Shown piece by piece: positions 27,700 through 41,573 of a stretch of DNA of 64,000 nt (positions within the stretch are counted from its first letter, which is position 1; each line of letters starts with the position of its first letter). Made by a program: the position numbers and the translations under genes. This DNA is from Kudoa neothunni (lineage: Eukaryota; Animalia; Cnidaria). The notes below the pieces were generated by a model. It did no database searches. It was not told the origin of the DNA and worked only from the letters and a program-made list of their open reading frames with translations. The stretch is taken from positions 8,278,560 to 8,342,559 of the forward strand of contig OZ199839.1 of NCBI GenBank assembly GCA_964304625.1. The letters run 5' to 3'.

Positions 27700-30600
27700 C
27701 CATGAAAGAAAAATAATTTACAACAATTTTGATATATAGATAATATTCGATCGAGAGAAAACAGAGATAAATTGAAAAAACTATGTATACATTAAATACC
27801 TATCATTACCGATGAGTAAAACACTGCCATAAATGGCTTTGAGTGTGATATTTTGAATAAATTTTATGATATATTTTGATAATTTGGTTATTTACATCAT
27901 TCCATTATTTTTGAAGATAATAAATGCTATCGAAACATATTCGAAGTTAAGGATGGTGTTAATTGGTTTTCTTATGCTTCAAACAGAATCACCTTCTTAG
28001 CAGGAAATAGATTCCTCATATTTTATGATGAATCTATTTTCTCAACTGCTATTCCAAACATTAGCAAGTTTTCCAACTTTAATTATCCAAATTATTTGAA
28101 GACTTGTCAACAAAAGATTTATTAGCTAGCTTATTTGAAAATCCATAATTTTATTCCCATTGTTAAATTTAATTTAGGATGACTCAAATTGCTTTGGAGT
28201 ATTAGAATGCGAGGGGGTATTTTTCGAAAGATTATACCATTAACAGGTCAATTCAAATTTCGTAGGCTATTCATTATGAAGATTTCAAAAAGAGAGAAGT
28301 TTTAAGAACCATAAATAAGTTCTGCCGCAGTTATGATATTTTTGAGGGTTGGAAAGATTGTCGTTTCGAACTTTATTACCCCCAGGAGAGTTTAACCATT
28401 GGTGAGCAGCTATCTACTTCTAGGGAAAATTTCCCATTGGACAGTATACATAGTATGCATAGTATGCATAGTATACATGGGCTGATAAAAAAATATCGAG
28501 ACTTTTTAAATAAAAAAATATATACACAAATCTAATGAATTTTTTATCTCCCTCAAAATACTCTCCGTCCGCATCAATACATTTTTTCCAGCGTTGCCTC
28601 CACTTAAGGAAGCATTGTAAAAATCATTTTTTTTCAGTGTCTTGAGCTGCTCCATCGCATTCTGTTTTATTTCCTCAATGGAGTGGAATCTCCTCCCTTT
28701 TTATTGGAATTCAATTTCTGGGAACATAAAGAAGTCGAATTATCCAACGTCTCGAGGAATACACATAGGGTGGTTTACGACGAATAGCATCCCGTAAATT
28801 CCGCAAAACTCTGAGATAATGGTAATACTTTAATTTCACACCAAATTTCATCACCTATTACGATACAATTAATGAATTCATCGTCTATTGATGCCCGTTG
28901 AAGTAGATCTTTTGACGTAATAAGCCGCAATTCTTTTTGTTCGGACGTGAGCATTCGCGGGGAAAATTTGTCAGCAATTCTTCTCATATTAAGATTAGCA
29001 GTCAGAATAGCTTGACATGATCCAAACTATCAATCGAATTTCTACCTTCTTTAAATCGTTTATGCCATTCAAACACTCTATTTCTACGCACGGAATTGTC
29101 TAAAAATGCTTTTTGAATCATTTCATAAGTTTCGGTACTGTTTATTCCTAGTTTTACACAGAATTGAATACAAATTCTCTGCTCGTGGTTTCTGACATTT
29201 TCGAAAGCGACGTCGACCCATTCCTCGACTTAAACAACTAGCTGCCATATTTATTTTGATATTCATTGTTAAATTATTTTGCACAAAAATATGCGAATAC
29301 ATATTTTTTATAACATTCTATTGTTTTAAAATTACATCTTTGTTATACGAGGGATATTTAAAAAGTCTCGATACTTTTTGATCAGTCCATGTATGCCGTC
29401 AAAGTTGGCACTGTACGGAATTATGTATTTTCACCTTACCAATCCAGGGACCGAGTACACTCAAAATTTTTCTGTGTATTTTGATAAAGATAATAATGAA
29501 ACGCCAAAAAATGTTGTCGCGAATATTGTTCTAGACCTTGTGTCGACATTAACGGAAAGTGGTAGAAATATCATTTATGATAATTTCTCTATTTCTGTGT
29601 TCGTTGCCCAAGAAATCTTACACGAGGAATGACTGGAACAATCCGAATTAATCAAAAAGATATTACAAATTATTTAAAAAGGAATTCACAACAGGATGTT
29701 TCGATGCATTTTTGTTTAATCGAAAACTAGTCCCAATCTCCTATGCTCCTTCAAAAAGTAAAGCAGTTTTACTACTAACAACATCCGATTTCATTACAAA
29801 TGTTGAAGATACAGACTGAAAACACCTGTTGTTGTGTCTGGAAATAATCGATGTAAAGGAGGGGTAGAAAAAAGGATTATATTATTGCTACAGCAAGTGT
29901 AAAAAGCAGAAGAATCGATGGCTGGCAGCAGCATTCTTCATTATGGATGGTAATAGCATGATTTATTCAATTTATCCTTCTAAGACAATTTTCTATGATC
30001 ACAATTGTTCAAGAATTAAGTTTATAGAAGAGCTTGAAGATGGTTTGGCGAAGGATTATGTTCAGAGAAACAAAAATCGTGTTGATAAAAGTTATAACTG
30101 CATAAAAGAATTTCTTTGTCGCAACCGAAGCTGTTATTGTTCAAGATTTCGAGACAGAAAAGCGAGGAAATTTTTGTTTTTTTCGTATAGCCATCTGCAA
30201 TGAAAGCAATTCAAAAGTTGTTTGCGTGACATATCATGATATTAAAAACCAAAATAATATTAACATCTTGCATTTTATCTATTTTTAAACAAATGTATTG
30301 CGGGTATTATTGGGGGATTCATCGTGAAGGAAAGTATTTTTAGGATTTCTTTAATGGGGACTAATGTACAATTTTTATTAAACTCCGTTAGATTAAAAAA
30401 AGAAGTTAATCTCGTTCAGTTTGACGCCTAATTTATCCCTTTAAATATTTCGGCAATGGTCGTCAACACTCGTTGGTATTATAATTGTAACATTTTTCAA
30501 TATTTTATCAGTAGTTTTCTCTCAAACTTTATTATCTTACTTATTACATTTTTTCCATAATTATTGCGAAAAATGTGGGGTTTATTAGACCCCAAATTAT
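27700..30600 (+). mobile_element. Decayed piggyBac transposon interrupted by a mariner insertion
   Basis: Fragments YPQESLTIGEQL..(GQ)Y | MPSKLALYGI, GRNIIYDNF and NRCKGGV match piggyBac DDD-transposase motifs. GGGGTTTATTAGACCCC subterminal palindrome at ~30577. Boundaries approximate. Confidence 0.75.
28476..29391 (-). mobile_element. Internally deleted mariner element with intact TIRs and TA duplication
   Basis: TA-CATGGGCTGATAAAAAAATATCGAGACTTTT ... AAAAGTCTCGATACTTTTTGATCAGTCCATG-TA. Remnant transposase: PRMLTSEQK, IVIGDEIW (TGDETW-like) and C-terminal RWKKCIDADGEYFE. Confidence 0.9.
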
Positions 30601-31000
30601 AAAATTGTTACTAATAAATTTTATTAAATTAGCGTAAAAAAATTAAAGTATGTTTTTAAACAATCTACTTTTGTTATAACTTAACTATTTTTCTTATTGA
30701 TTGAGTCCTGCTGAAACAAATCTCTTTAGAGTTGTCAACCGCGCATGCAGCCATTATCAACGCAGATACAATTTTTTTCATTATGCATTACAACAATGTA
30801 TTCTTTTATGAAATGAAAACATCAATATTCTGGTGTAGAACAAGTCATACTAATGCTAATTATTTACTGAAATGAAAAAAACTCCACATATATTTAATTT
30901 TGTTAAATACTCATATTATTCTAGCGGTCATAGTTATACTTTTGAATTATTATATTTATTATAAATTGTACAAAGCAGCATAATTTATATAATAAACTTG

Positions 31001-31012
31001 GTGCGCATGCTC
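31001..31012 (+). promoter_or_regulatory. GCGCAYGC (NRF1/Ewg-like) proximal promoter motif upstream of MOCS2B
   Basis: GTGCGCATGCTC ~37 nt before the ATG. The identical 12-mer lies upstream of ValRS, with variants before PMF1, VPS33B, DAD1 and HAUS5. Confidence 0.6.
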
Positions 31013-31048
31013 GAACATTGATACTTATCTTTGCATTCATTCCTACAA

Positions 31049-31573
31049 ATGAGCACAATACATGAAGACCAGCTTGTGAAAATTGTGCTAAGCAATAATC
31101 CCATTCAAACAGACTGGCATTCAAATTTTATGCAAGACAAACATTGTGGCGCGTTGAACATTTTCAATGGGATTGTTAGACAAGATCAAGAGAATCTGCA
31201 AGGTCTGCACTTCGAGTGTTACACACCCATGGTTATCGATCAGTTGATAACAATCTCATACGAAGCGATCAGGAAGAGTGAAGGACAATTGAGAAAAATT
31301 TTCATCTATCACCGAGAAGGTTTTGCTGCGATTGGGGAGATATGTTTAGTGGTGATGTTAGCGGCGGGTCATCGTGAAATAGTTTTCGATGCAATGCCTC
31401 ATGTGTTAACTGAAATCAAATCCAAAGTGCCTATCTGGAAGAAAGCCATAATTAACACCACACCACCTGCAGTTGAACAACAGAACAACAAGGGCGCACA
31501 ATCAGAAACATATTTTTGGATTGCAAACAAAGAATCGAAACCACTTAGCGTCCAAAAAAATTTGGAAGAGTAG
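31049..31573 (+). CDS. MOCS2B: Molybdopterin synthase catalytic subunit (MoaE family), intronless
   Basis: CGALNIFNGIVR, LHFECY, HREG, AGHRE, EIKSKVPIWKK and C-terminal WxxNKE are MoaE/MOCS2B motifs. First ATG at 31049. Confidence 0.92.
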   Translation: MSTIHEDQLVKIVLSNNPIQTDWHSNFMQDKHCGALNIFNGIVRQDQENLQGLHFECYTPMVIDQLITISYEAIRKSEGQLRKIFIYHREGFAAIGEICLVVMLAAGHREIVFDAMPHVLTEIKSKVPIWKKAIINTTPPAVEQQNNKGAQSETYFWIANKESKPLSVQKNLEE

Positions 31574-31623
31574 GAATGGCGCGAGTTTTTGGGTTATGTG
31601 CGCACGCAAATATAATCAGAGTT

Positions 31624-32275
31624 ATGGACGATTCTTTTCGTTCTCAACAACATCAACTTCGACAACAACTAAAAGAAACACTACTCAGTTTATCATCAAG
31701 ATTTAAGTAGACTTAAAGAAAATCATTTTTTATTATTATGGCCATTAATTAGTTCAAAGAATGTTAAAAGTGTGATTTATAACGCGTATTGCGAAAATCC
31801 CGACGAATTCACCGAGATAACTGAACAATGTTATAATGAAGCGTTGGTCAAAATTAAGGTGTGTTGTAATGGTAGGGAGCCATATATTTTTTTATTTATC
31901 TTGCCGATATAGCAAGCCATGGTTAATGCACTGGATGAATCTGGTATGCGAGACCATATGTTGACAGCTCCTGAGCTGGCTGAGGGAAATTGGTAATTTT
32001 TGTTGTTCTGTCATTTTTTATTGTGAATTTTAGGCGCCCTTCAAACGATCCATCAATTTTGGTCGAATCAATTATTAAAAATGAAAAAATTAAAGCATTA
32101 GCCGAGTACAAAGCAATGAATGCTAATGTAGGTGGAATTTTGCTTATTTTTATCGTTCTGAATATCCTCCTAGAATATTGAACTAGCCCAACAACTAACC
32201 AATGATATCCTAGAGATGCAGTCGAAAATTGATGATATTATTGACTCGGTGCAGAAAAATGTGCCTGATTTGTAG
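31624..32275 (+). CDS. PMF1: PMF1/Nnf1 (MIS12 kinetochore complex subunit), 5 exons
   Basis: Spliced reading MDDSFRSQQHQL...EALVKIK|QAMVNALDE...EGNW|RPSNDP...MNAN|NIELAQQL...VPDL*. The WRPSxxP motif followed by a coiled coil is typical of PMF1/Nnf1. GT-AG introns of ~45-60 nt. Confidence 0.7.
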
Positions 32276-32739
32276 AATAATATGCGTTTGTTATTTATAC
32301 ATCTTGTTTTATTACTACGGTGGAATTTATGATGCGAAATCGGCAGTTGTGTTGAATATTGATATTTTACAAATTTTTCTCCAAATAAGATATTAAATAA
32401 TAAAAACTACATCAGTAAATAACCATAATTTTCTCTCAATTTGAGAGATTAAATTTTTAACTTTATTGTTGCAATTTATTGTATATTACAGGGCGTAAAT
32501 CGAAATATTTTAAAATTAGTACGTTTATTTTCGATAATTGATAAATGTGTCTAGGAAATTATAATATTAAGCTGATTGACATATTATTTTTGTTAATACA
32601 CTAATTGTTAAAATTTTAAAATATTCAAATAAGGTGGGTCACAAGACTTTTTTTGTTGAGAAATGGAATGTGAGAATAAAAAGTTTGAGAAACACTGCTG
32701 TATTGAGATTGAGATTGAGACTGAGACACCACAATAAAA

Positions 32740-34598
32740 TATATTCCTCAGTTAGTTGAAGCTATCCCTCGATCAAATAACACAACTAGGGATAGAATGG
32801 TTGATATGTCTCAAAACATTTTGAATCAAGTGATCACGGAACTACAGAACACTTCGTTTACGTGTAGTTTACAACTTGATGAATCCATCGATGTATCTCA
32901 ATACAGCCAACTTATAATTTTTTCCCGCTATGTTCACAAGGATAAACTCAAAGATGAATTTTTGTTGTCAACCATTGATAAAAGGAGTGAAATCATCAGG
33001 TATTTTTGAATTGTTGCATGATTTTTTTTAGAAACATAAATTTGAGTGGACTAAGAAATTATGTAACATATGCACAGATGGGCACCTTCGTTACTTGGGA
33101 AAAAGTCCGGTTTTGATGCACTTGTTAAACAAAAAGTACTAGACCTTTTGGTAACACATTGTTTCCTTCATAGATATGCGCTCGCTTCGAAAACTCTCCC
33201 ATCGACTTTTTAAAATTCTTTGTCAAGAAATGAACAAAGATTATGATGTGCTGCTCTACCATACTGAAGTTCGTTGGTTATCTAAAGGTCAACGCCTCAA
33301 ACGATTATTTATTCTTATAGATGGGGTTGTCATGTTTCTTAGAGAAAGAAATAATGATCTTTATAAATATTTTGATGACAAAATATTCGTTTATGGAATA
33401 GCATACTTATCTGATATGATATCTTTGAGCACATCAAAAACTTAAATTTGTCTCTCCAGAGGAAAACGGTTACTTTAATTGACGCTTCTGGAAAAATGCG
33501 CTCTTTCACAGCCAACTAACACTCTGAGAGAATAGGATTTTATCCGATTCTTTCATGCGAAATTTTCAAAACTTGAAGATTTTCTACAAAATTATGCCAT
33601 TAAATTGTCAACAGTATTAAAATCCTCACTTAAAAATTATTTTCCAATCATCAGCAATCTTCTCCTTGATTCATGGATTCGAAATCCAATTCTATATGAT
33701 ATCAGCACCATGGCCGACAACGATCATTTAAAAGAAGAGCTGATTGATCTGCGACCCATGGAAATCCTGCATCATGAATTTAATCCAAAAAATGTCGAGG
33801 AATTTTGGTGCTCCATTAGAAAACTTTGCCCAAAAATCACAGTATAGGCCTTAAAATAATACCATTCACAACAACATACTTGTGTGAAGCTGGATTTTCC
33901 ACACTGGTTCATATCAAACACAAATTCCACAATAGACTGAATCCAGAACATGATATGCGAGTTTCTACTGCAAAAACAATTCCTCACTTCGAATTACTCG
34001 TCAAAATTAAACAAAATCAAAAGTCTCACTAATTATAAGTTTAATTTTATAATATTAGTAAATCTCTCATCCGTTTTAGTCATAAAGGTGATGATATCGC
34101 GGAGTTCTTTAAAAATGAATACCAATTTTGAATATTCTAAATTTTAAAACATTAATTTATTTTGTTTAATAGCAAATATTACACTTCATGAAAAAATATT
34201 ATTTTTTTCATTAGTTTATTATTTTTTTATTATTGTAATTGGATTTCAACGAAGTTATAAAAAGTCGCTTCATTATTTTATCAAGGCATACTTGTAGGCT
34301 TCTTATTTCTAAAGTCGGTGTTACATTTTTAGTGCTTATCGAAATAAACGGTTTTTCTCTAAGATAATTATCTCAAGGACATTTTTATTAAAACTCGCTT
34401 TTAATGAAAATTATTTTTTAAATAGAGCTAGAACTTGTGAATGTATATGAAAATTTAGCACATAAAACCATATTTTTTAACAAAAATTTACATGAAATGG
34501 AATTCTTAGGGGTTCGTATTCGTTTAGTTTAGCTTAGTTTAGCTTAGCTTAGCTTAGCTAATAGGGGATCCGCGAGTCATAAAGGTTGGGTCCAACTG
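32740..34598 (+). mobile_element. Decayed hAT (Buster/Charlie; ZBED5/8-SCAND3-like) transposon
   Basis: SLQLDESIDVS, ICTDG, THCFLHR, LLYHTEVRWLSKG and PFTTTYLCEAGFS across frameshifts. Right TIR-like end AAGGTTGGGTCCAACTG at 34582-34598. Confidence 0.88.
34524..34560 (+). repeat. (TTAGC/TTAGT)n microsatellite inside the hAT subterminal region
   Basis: ttagtttagcttagtttagcttagcttagcttagct. Confidence 0.8.
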
Positions 34599-35758
34599 TT
34601 CTAATGCCTCTAATCAATTATAAGCTATAGTATAAAAATTATTATTCTATCCTTTATTCAGAGTATTTTATCGGAATGAATCCAAACTTATTTTACATGA
34701 GCATATCAATTAAACATTATTGGTTAGCAGTTTTCAAAGCAAAAATAGGTACAATATCAAAATTGTCAAAAATATAAAAGATTTACAGGCTATCATTCGC
34801 AAATTAAAAAAAAAGCGAAATAATATAATTTTCGTTATGTCTAAACCATTTTAAAAGTTATAATGGATGTAATTCATTAAAAAAAGGATTTTGAAAATTA
34901 GGGTTGGAGCCGAAAAGTTCGTTAAATCGATAAACCTTATTTTTATAAAAAATTGTTTTCTTAGAACTGTTAATTTGATTTGTATAAAATAAACATTTTT
35001 ATTTGAAAAAAATATTTTCAGTCTTGATAATTATATATAAGAGAGGATAAAGTAAAAATACGGAAAACCGATTATCTATTGTATAATCAAATTAAAATTT
35101 ATTAACATAATTCAAAATCTTAATTTCAGTTGAATGATTTATTTGTTATTCAAAAATAAAGCTGGAATATTTTCTTGTGAGCGAACCTTAAAATTTTAAG
35201 ATTAGACTCGAAATTGCTCGTAAAATCGGCTAATCCATATACAACATATTTAAACGAATAAAATTTCAACACAGTTTAAATATACTAATTCTTACTTCAT
35301 AAATTTTACGAAAAAATTTACACTAAAACTTCTGAAAGTCCCAAAAATTAGTTACTCCCAAATAAAATTATTATCGGAATATCTCGCACAACGAATCCGC
35401 ACGAAACATGATAAAACTGAGTTTTAAACATAATAATTCCACAACTAATTAGCTCTAATATCCAAATTTGATTATAAATATATTGAATAAAGAAAAATAA
35501 GTCACTAATTCAGTTTTTTTGTAGTTAAAACAATAATTAAATCAAACATTAGGAGTTATTCATATCATTACTATTATTCCAAAAAGATCATCGGTTTTTA
35601 TAAAGAATGTTGTGACCACATTACGACACACTGTATAGCGTTATACATTCAACAGGAATATATAACGCAACGAGCGCACGCGCAAACCCCTTATTGATAA
35701 TAATCGATATCAATAAAATAAGGTTTCTTCCAAGGCCACATGAAAAAATACAATCCAA

Positions 35759-38700
35759 ATGCCTGATTTAAGTATTCTTTCTAGTCTGGCCAAAAATGAG
35801 GTGTTGAAACACCTTCAATACGTAAATAATGTTTATATGTTGATGTGTATTGATGTGGGTTATTCAAGTTTGATGGCGACAAAGATCTCATTATCGAGCC
35901 ATCATTGATGAAATTTCTCGAAAGGATTGTGGGAGCATCATTTCTACGAGTAAACCAACAACAGCTCCACCTAATAATAATTATAAAACCTGAATATTTC
36001 GTAGAGTCAAGGTGTTAAAAAAATATTCAAGCTAGAGACAGATCTTGGCAGTGACTGCTCGCAGTAGTTTAAATTTAATAGGTGTTAACATGAATTTTTG
36101 TCGTACAAAAAGATTAGTTTATATAATATCTCCAGTAGTTACCGAGGTGAAAATTGTTATAGGTAATCCTTTTTGAATATTATTTTAATTGTGCCCACTA
36201 AAACCACATTTCATACAAGTAATGTAATATTGATTAATCGGAAAAAATTAGATCACATTAAAAACGATAAACAACAGTTGATAAATCGAAACTATGTTAT
36301 ACTTTATTATCCAGCAAGAGTATGTGCTTATGGCTAAAATTCTCTTTTAACCTCATTCCAATATATAATTAGACATATGTGGTTGATTATTTGATGGAGC
36401 AGGAGTGTCTCATTTCGGAGAGTAGATTGCTAAAGTTATAGCTTATAAGTGATATGGATCGTGGTGGTTTAGATATTGTTGTCGAAGATTTGAACCTTCA
36501 TTTTGTACCACTCGAAAACAATGTTCTATCCTACGAACAACCGGTCTACTTCAAAGATTTATATATTGTTAGCATGTGGCGTTGGTGAGTTGTGTTGTTA
36601 TTAGCAATTTATGTAGGAAAACTCCACATGTCCCCTTGAATACATCACAAAATCTTTGATTGTGCTAATGAAACTGTATGGACTGATTCCATTGGTTTAT
36701 TCGTTGGGAGATCGTGCTCACGTAACTATAATATTCCTTGTGACAATTTAATAATATAAATATTCATTGTATGCGACCGTGCAGGAACTCAGTGAAATGT
36801 TAAAATTCAACGTGGTTGCTGGCAGTTTCGACACCAACAACACAAATTTGACAGTTGGCCGACTGATAATCTTTGATAGGAGTACACTATTTTTTTTTGC
36901 TTCGTAAACGGTCAATAGATTAACTATTGATTACGTTAGATATTGACATGGTTACACCTTGTCTATCTCAAGTCACTTACGAAGGAATGCTTAGTGATGC
37001 CTTCACTATCACCAGTGGTAATCTATTCTATTTATTAAACATCACTCACTTGTCTGCTAGAATTTATTCGAAATAAGCATTTGCGAATTTATTTAATTTT
37101 TATTGTAATGAATTGTGGCTTTCGAAAGTTGAGCTTGCGAATCGCTGTCTAGAAGTTTGTTTGTTGGTATTACAATTACATTTAAATATTGTCGATAAAC
37201 GCATTGTTGCAAATCAATGCAATAAGTAATAGAAAGGTTATAGAAACGATTGAGGGCAGTTATTACAAAATACTTAAAGCACGATTCTCTTAAATATTCC
37301 GAAAATAAATGTATGCTTTATAGAAATTGGTTATTGACGTGGATCATAATTCCGAACGAGTGTAGACGTCATTTAGGGTTAAAAATTGATTTAATTTTTT
37401 TTGCGAATATTAAGCACGAATATCTAGTCATTTGACACTCAGAATAATTGTTGTGGATAAGAAGATATACTTTTTTCGGCTGAAATTTTTTTGATCTTAG
37501 AATGTAAGTATAACTAGAAAGAATTTTTGGTCTTCTTTGGAAAATAAATAGTGAATGGAAAGCGTAAGAATCATATTTTCAAGAAAATTGCCGAAGTTTA
37601 TTGCATAATTTCTAAAATTTGAAGATATGTGTAGTGGATAAGCAGTGTTTTTTAAATTACGTAATACGTATTAAATATTCATTTCGGACTCAAAAGGAAA
37701 AAGTGCGACAATCTAGCACAATTCCATTTATCAGAAATGTTCAGAATTTGTTATAATTTCTCTCCTAATTCTACCTAGTTATGATGTAGGTATTAGTTTG
37801 GAGTTATTTTCTTAATTCGCCCTTAAAAAATTAGCGAATAATTTTTATTTATTCCCCACTTGCCGTATGTTACCATATTGCTATGTGACATTGGTTTAAT
37901 GATTTCTCAAGGTGTATTTAATATTTTACCTGAAAATTATATTAAAACTGTAATTGAATTTCTATTAGTTTATAATAAATAAAATAAGAAGGATATCGGA
38001 TTTCTTTGGTGGTAAAAATGAAACGTAAACTGGTTTTTTGAATAATGCGTAAGGAATTTATATCGTTGAATTCATGTAATAATTATTATTTTATTTACTT
38101 GAATATGTGTATATTATAAAATATAACTTCTTCTTTACTTGAATATATGTATATTATAAAATATAACGTCCATTTTTTGCGAATATATGTATATTATTTT
38201 TGAAAAGTAGATTAATTAATGTTGCCTTATAAGAGGGATTCTCAATTAGAAGTGAATTTACCTTCTAGGGATAAATTTTAGATGATAGAGGGTAAATTAA
38301 GTGACATAAAATTGGGTATGGACTATTCTTGCATAATGCGGTTTGTTACGCGCTAAAGGATTCCCAATGAGTTATATTTTTTAAGAAGATCTATTAAACT
38401 CAACTCAATTAAGATGTTAGCAGAAATGCTTAATATGTTTTTGGGAGTAAATAGTTAACTATAATTTATAAAACTATTATCAATCCTTTTCTTGTATGCC
38501 TCGTTTATTTTTCAAAGATATGATCTGATAATACGTAAATAAGTATACCTATTTGAAGTAGATATGAATTTGATCCCAAGTTAAGATAGTTAATTTGGAT
38601 TTTTTTCAGGCTGATGTGGTAAATTTTAAGACAATTAATAACTCTTGTTATATAGAATTATAAATTATGGGGGTTCCTAACTAAACATTTCAATAACTTT

Positions 38701-41376
38701 TATGAAATTTCTTGTATTTACAGATCTAAAATTTTGTTGCTCTTTAAAATATTTTCCAATTTTTTATTTTCAGACACATAAAGGTTTAATGAAGTAATGA
38801 AATGTAATATGTATAAATAATATTAATTTTCGTTAGAATAAATAGAATTTGAAGTTAGCGATATAAATTCGTTTAAAAAACAGATATTATGCAATAACTT
38901 GAATAAAAATTTAAGTCCATATTTAATTAATATTACGAAATTTTGTATATAAATTAAAAAATTGTAAAATCCAATGATAGTCTATATTAAAAGGATTTTA
39001 TTGGAAATAGGCCACCTGTGCTGAATTTTTAGGTCTTATTTTCGTAGTTAATTTTAGTTTGGCTTTGAAATTAACTGTAAATTCATTTCTTCGAATAAAA
39101 CGGAGTTAGGGAATGTCAATCTTTTGTTAATTGGGAGACGCCGAACTAAATATTAGGTCAAATAGAAAAACTTTCTTTTGTGTATTTTATTGATGTAAAA
39201 TAACGATATTTAATCTATTAAAATAAATCGCATTAAACAAATTTATTGGATCTTTTCGTTATGATTTTTTAATATGTTTTAATAATTTTCTTAAAAACGA
39301 AATCAATAATGCTAGAAAAAATAAAAATTGTTTATGAAGTAGATTATAGCGAAATTATGATTATTGGTATAGCTATTTTGTAATTTTATTTCATATTAAG
39401 CTATAATAATTTGTGTAAAAGTGTTATACGCTTATTAAATATCGTGTTCTAGGGTTTTTGACTATAGAAGATCAAGAATTGTTATCAAAATTGCCATCAA
39501 ATAACTCCAAAATTCTATTGAGCGATAAAAACCTCATTTATAATCAAATTAGAGATATGTATCTATCCAATGTGTTTATGTATTTGAAAGAAGAACTGAA
39601 TGTGCTTCATCAACTGCAAGAGGTATTTTAGTATGCTTGGGTGGATTTTTTACACATTAAAAATTAGAAAAGCGAAAAAATATCAAGTGTTTCAGATATG
39701 AAGCAATTTGTATCAAACGATCTTAGAGTTTTACAGGCTAAACGCGCTTGCATTTTAACACGTAATCTATGTGTGAATAAATTGGCAAAACTTCGCCATT
39801 TTATTCAATTTTATCGGTATGTAATGATTTGTTTAAGATATGCTGTGTGGCGAAAAGTTAATGTTCGAAAAAAATAGAGAAAACTTTTCGGATCGCCTTT
39901 TCCACGAATATGGTAACAACTTGAATCCATTAGTTGTGTAATTTTTTGTGATGTTTTTAGAGATTCTCAAAGGTAGATCCACAAAAATCGTTCATGAATA
40001 TATAGAAAATCAAATTATTATGGGGGTAATTTGAATTTGTTTTTGTTTCGAAGTAGCCCCTTTTTAGGAACCCCCCGAAAAATGCCTTTGTCTAATTGTG
40101 TTATGGTGTCGTTGTTCGAGTATTAAAATTTTAACACAATTTGCTATTATCACGGAAATACAATATTCAGTTGAATGCAGCTTTTGCAGTATCTTACCAA
40201 TTAACCTGTCCCATTATGGATTATTATCATAAAATATAAACAATGTCGAATCCATTAAAATTCTTCTTTTATTCCATTGAATTATCGAAGCTTTTGAGAT
40301 AAATGATGGTAGAAGAATTTATACATAATTTTAGTGGTTTAATTTCTCGGTGAAAATAGTTTTTTGTTTCAGGTTAAAATGTTTCTCGATATAAAATATT
40401 TCATATTAGATCCGTCATCTAAAAACTTAACCACAATTAAAAATCTTTTCTACCAAGTAATGAGTTTAAAAATTATCTACTTCTTTGTTAAACCCTGATT
40501 TTTTCATTAGAGTTATGGATATGGATATTTGACTACTTTTGAGGCTTTTGAAAAGTTTGGAATTATACAGGTGATTTGTTGTTGTTATTTGTTTTATTTT
40601 ATTTCGCCATGTTTTTAGGCTGGGAATTCTGCCAATTTCGACAAGTTAGCCAGGGAATTAAAACTTGTAATTTTTTAATTTTCATTTGTGTTCTGAGATC
40701 CCAATAATTTATTATTTTCTGAAAAATCCAATTTAAGTTTAGTATTTGATATTTTGGAAGTTATTTTATTAATTGTATGATTATATATTTTTATTTGAAT
40801 TTTTCGTGTATAATAAAAATTGATTTGTTGTTTTGCCAAATTTTAGTGATATTAAAACACATATCGCCAAATTAGACCGGCCTGAGTAATTTTTTTACAT
40901 CTAGATACCCGATGAGCATACCAAGTGTCATTATCCATTGGATATGGGGAGTATTTACAATAGCAAATATCGGCCGATGTCTTGTCGAATCATAGAATCT
41001 GTAATTTATTTTACCTTATAATTTTTAACCAACCAAATACCATGAATATGGCTCTTTAACAATAATCAAATAGATTCTCAATCCAACGATGATGGAAACA
41101 TTCAAGGCTACTTCATTAGGCGAGTGTTTGAAGCAATTCCAATTTATTCCGTTCAACAATGGTATCTTAACTCTTAGAATAATAAATATCTTTTAATTCA
41201 ATGTGATAGCTGGGAAGGAAGCACAAGACACTGTCATGATATTGATGCTGGGTGGAATTAATCATTCCGAAATTAGTTGCATTAAGACCATAGCAATAAA
41301 TTTGGGAATCAAGATAATCATCGCAACCACTGCTATCACAAATGGGATTCAATTGATGAGTTTGTTTCAACATTAA
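35759..41376 (+). CDS. VPS33B: Vacuolar protein sorting 33 (Sec1/Munc18 family), VPS33B-like; many short introns plus one ~2.4-kb intron
   Basis: MPDLSILSSLAKNEVLKHLQY|FDGDKDLIIEPSLMKFLERI, IIFDR.IDMVTPCLSQVTYEGML, LILMLVGINHSEISC-type segment and C-terminal IIIATTAITNG...FQH* (TAA 41374-41376). The N-terminus resembles VPS33B more than VPS33A. Confidence 0.85.
38094..38197 (+). repeat. ~40-bp minisatellite, ~2.5 copies, in the large VPS33B intron
   Basis: TTTACTTGAATATRTGTATATTATAAAATATAAC repeated with period 40. Confidence 0.8.
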
Positions 41377-41573
41377 CTCATTAATTGTGATTATGAGACT
41401 TTGAGACTAATTTCTATTCAAATTTTTATATGGATCCGTTTAGCATTTATTATTTGTTGATAGTTGTTTTTATTACATATATTATATAAATAGAAGAGGT
41501 TTTAATTATAAATAGCTCTGATTAATTTTAGCAGATCTTATGAAATTGTACATTAACTACAAATAGGAATTGC

